A stretch of DNA of 64,000 bases from Pristiophorus japonicus (lineage: Eukaryota), in the NCBI RefSeq assembly GCF_044704955.1, contig NC_091988.1:148738001-148802000 (forward strand), given 5' to 3'. The notes under the pieces are model-generated. The model was not told the DNA's origin. It saw nothing but the letters and a program-made list of their open reading frames with translations, and ran no database searches. Below, piece after piece: positions 62,561 through 64,000 of the stretch (positions are counted from its first letter, which is position 1; each line of letters opens with the position of its first letter). Made by a program: the position numbers and the translations under genes.

Positions 62561-63097
62561 AAAATAATATTGAGGACACTAAAAATTAGTTTACATATAA
62601 ATGTTATTGTAGATGTTACTAAATGTTTTGATAGGTGTATTTAGATAAAATGAAAATATCCATAAATATTAAGATGTAAAATCAAAGATGTTGCCCTACC
62701 AAGATTAGTTTATTAGCATAGAACTGCAAATCCTAACCAGCCACTAACAAGTTATTAGCAAAAACCTTACAAAAAATGCTGCCTTAACCCATCCTCCATT
62801 CCCCTATTTACATCCTGTGCAAGGACAGACACAACAGAGTAAATTGTGAATCAGTCTTTGTATGAGGAATGAGGCCCATCCGTGCTGGAAACTTCGGGTT
62901 TCACTCTTAAAACAAATATAGAGCTCCCATGATAGCTCAGCAAGTTTGTCCAATGAATAACTGAGCGTAAGGTCCTGGGTTCATACTGTGGTCTGTGCTA
63001 GGACAGCTGATTTCAGTTGGCAGTACGACAATTAAAGCAGCTGGGTTTGGGATGCTCAAATCAGTTAGAAGCTGTATTTTAATCCCTGCTAGTAATG

Positions 63098-63610
63098 CAC
63101 ATAAGAAATAGGAGCAGGAGTAGGCCATTCGGCCCCTCGAGCCTGCTTCTCCATTCAGTAAGATCATGGCTGATCTGCTTGAACTTCACTTTCTTGCATT
63201 ATCCCCATATCTCTTGATTCCCTAAAGATCCAAAAATCTATTGAACAGAAGAACAAAAGAAATAGGAGCAGGAGTCGGCCATACAGCCCCTCGAGCCTGC
63301 TCCGCCATTCAATAAGATCATGGTTGATCTGATCATGAACTCAGTTCCACTTCCCCGCCTGCTCCCCATAACCCCTTGTCCCCTTGTCATTTAAGAAACT
63401 GACTATTTCTGTCTTAAATTTATTAACTGTCCCAGCTTCTACAGTTCTCTGAGGCAGTGAATTCCACAGGTTTACAACCCTCAGAGAAAAAAATTCTCAT
63501 CATTTGTTTTAAATGGGCGGCCCTTTATTCTAAGATCATGTCCTCTAGTTCTAGTCGCCCCCATCAGTGGAAACATCCTCTCTGCATCCACCTTGTCAAG
63601 CCCCCTCATA
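63098..63610 (-). mobile_element. Two tandem CR1 3' ends
   Basis: aaataggagcaggagt..ggccat..gcccctcgagcctgc occurs at about 63105 and again at about 63260. Confidence 0.8.
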
Positions 63611-64000
63611 GGGCCCAAATTTCGGGCCACGCCTAGAACGGCACAGCCCCGACCTGGACGCCCGTTTTTCGCGCCTGAAAGTGCGCCTAAAAAATACCTG
63701 CAGATTCTTCGGCTCCCTGCAGGTCCTTTGGAGCTCGGCGCAGCACAGCACGAGTTGTGGGTGGCAGAGCCAGGTCCCTGCACTGAAATCAGTGCCGGGA
63801 CCTCTGCACAGGCACGCTACAGTGGGCGCGCATGTGCAGTAGCTCCAGGTGCCCGAAACTGTGTGGGAGGGGCCCAAAGCACGCAGCCCCTAGCCCTGGC
63901 TCACTGGGGTTGCGAGGATCAGGCTGCACCTCCCTTCAGCTCCTGCTCTGGCTCCAGCTTCCTCCCCTGTTCAGCTGGCTCTCTCAACCCCTCCCCCCCC
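63611..64000 (+). mobile_element. Non-autonomous Harbinger-like element, copy 4 (runs off the window)
   Basis: ATA|GGGCCCAAATTTCGGGCC; closely similar to 1115-1520; inserted in a CR1. Confidence 0.85.

Overview
This is vertebrate genomic DNA, not prokaryotic. The repeat content (CR1, L2 and RTE LINEs, a Deu-domain SINE, PIF/Harbinger elements, a Penelope-like palindrome) suggests a cartilaginous fish such as a shark; that assignment is inference. The whole window lies inside one minus-strand gene, the P4-type ATPase ATP9A. Ten consecutive coding exons were traced, all with GT-AG junctions and consistent phase (1316 nt, about 438 codons), running from just before the DKTGT phosphorylation motif to just before GDGGND. 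One intron is 28.6 kb. Almost all other ORFs in the track are transposon fossils or low-complexity artefacts. Main points for a second look: (1) a 31-bp insertion whose 13-bp target-site duplication copied an ATP9A splice donor; (2) a non-autonomous Harbinger-like family with an orientation-linked ATA/TAT target, variable G-rich cores and outward-facing splice donors, alongside transposase and Myb fossils; (3) a short bipartite 5'+3' RTE derivative that keeps a structured 5' leader; (4) a 42-bp higher-order tandem array upstream of a near-full-length RTE; (5) a three-TIR element inserted at TA inside an RTE; (6) candidate enhancer islands. I found no new protein-coding system. Repeat boundaries are approximate unless TIRs or TSDs are quoted.
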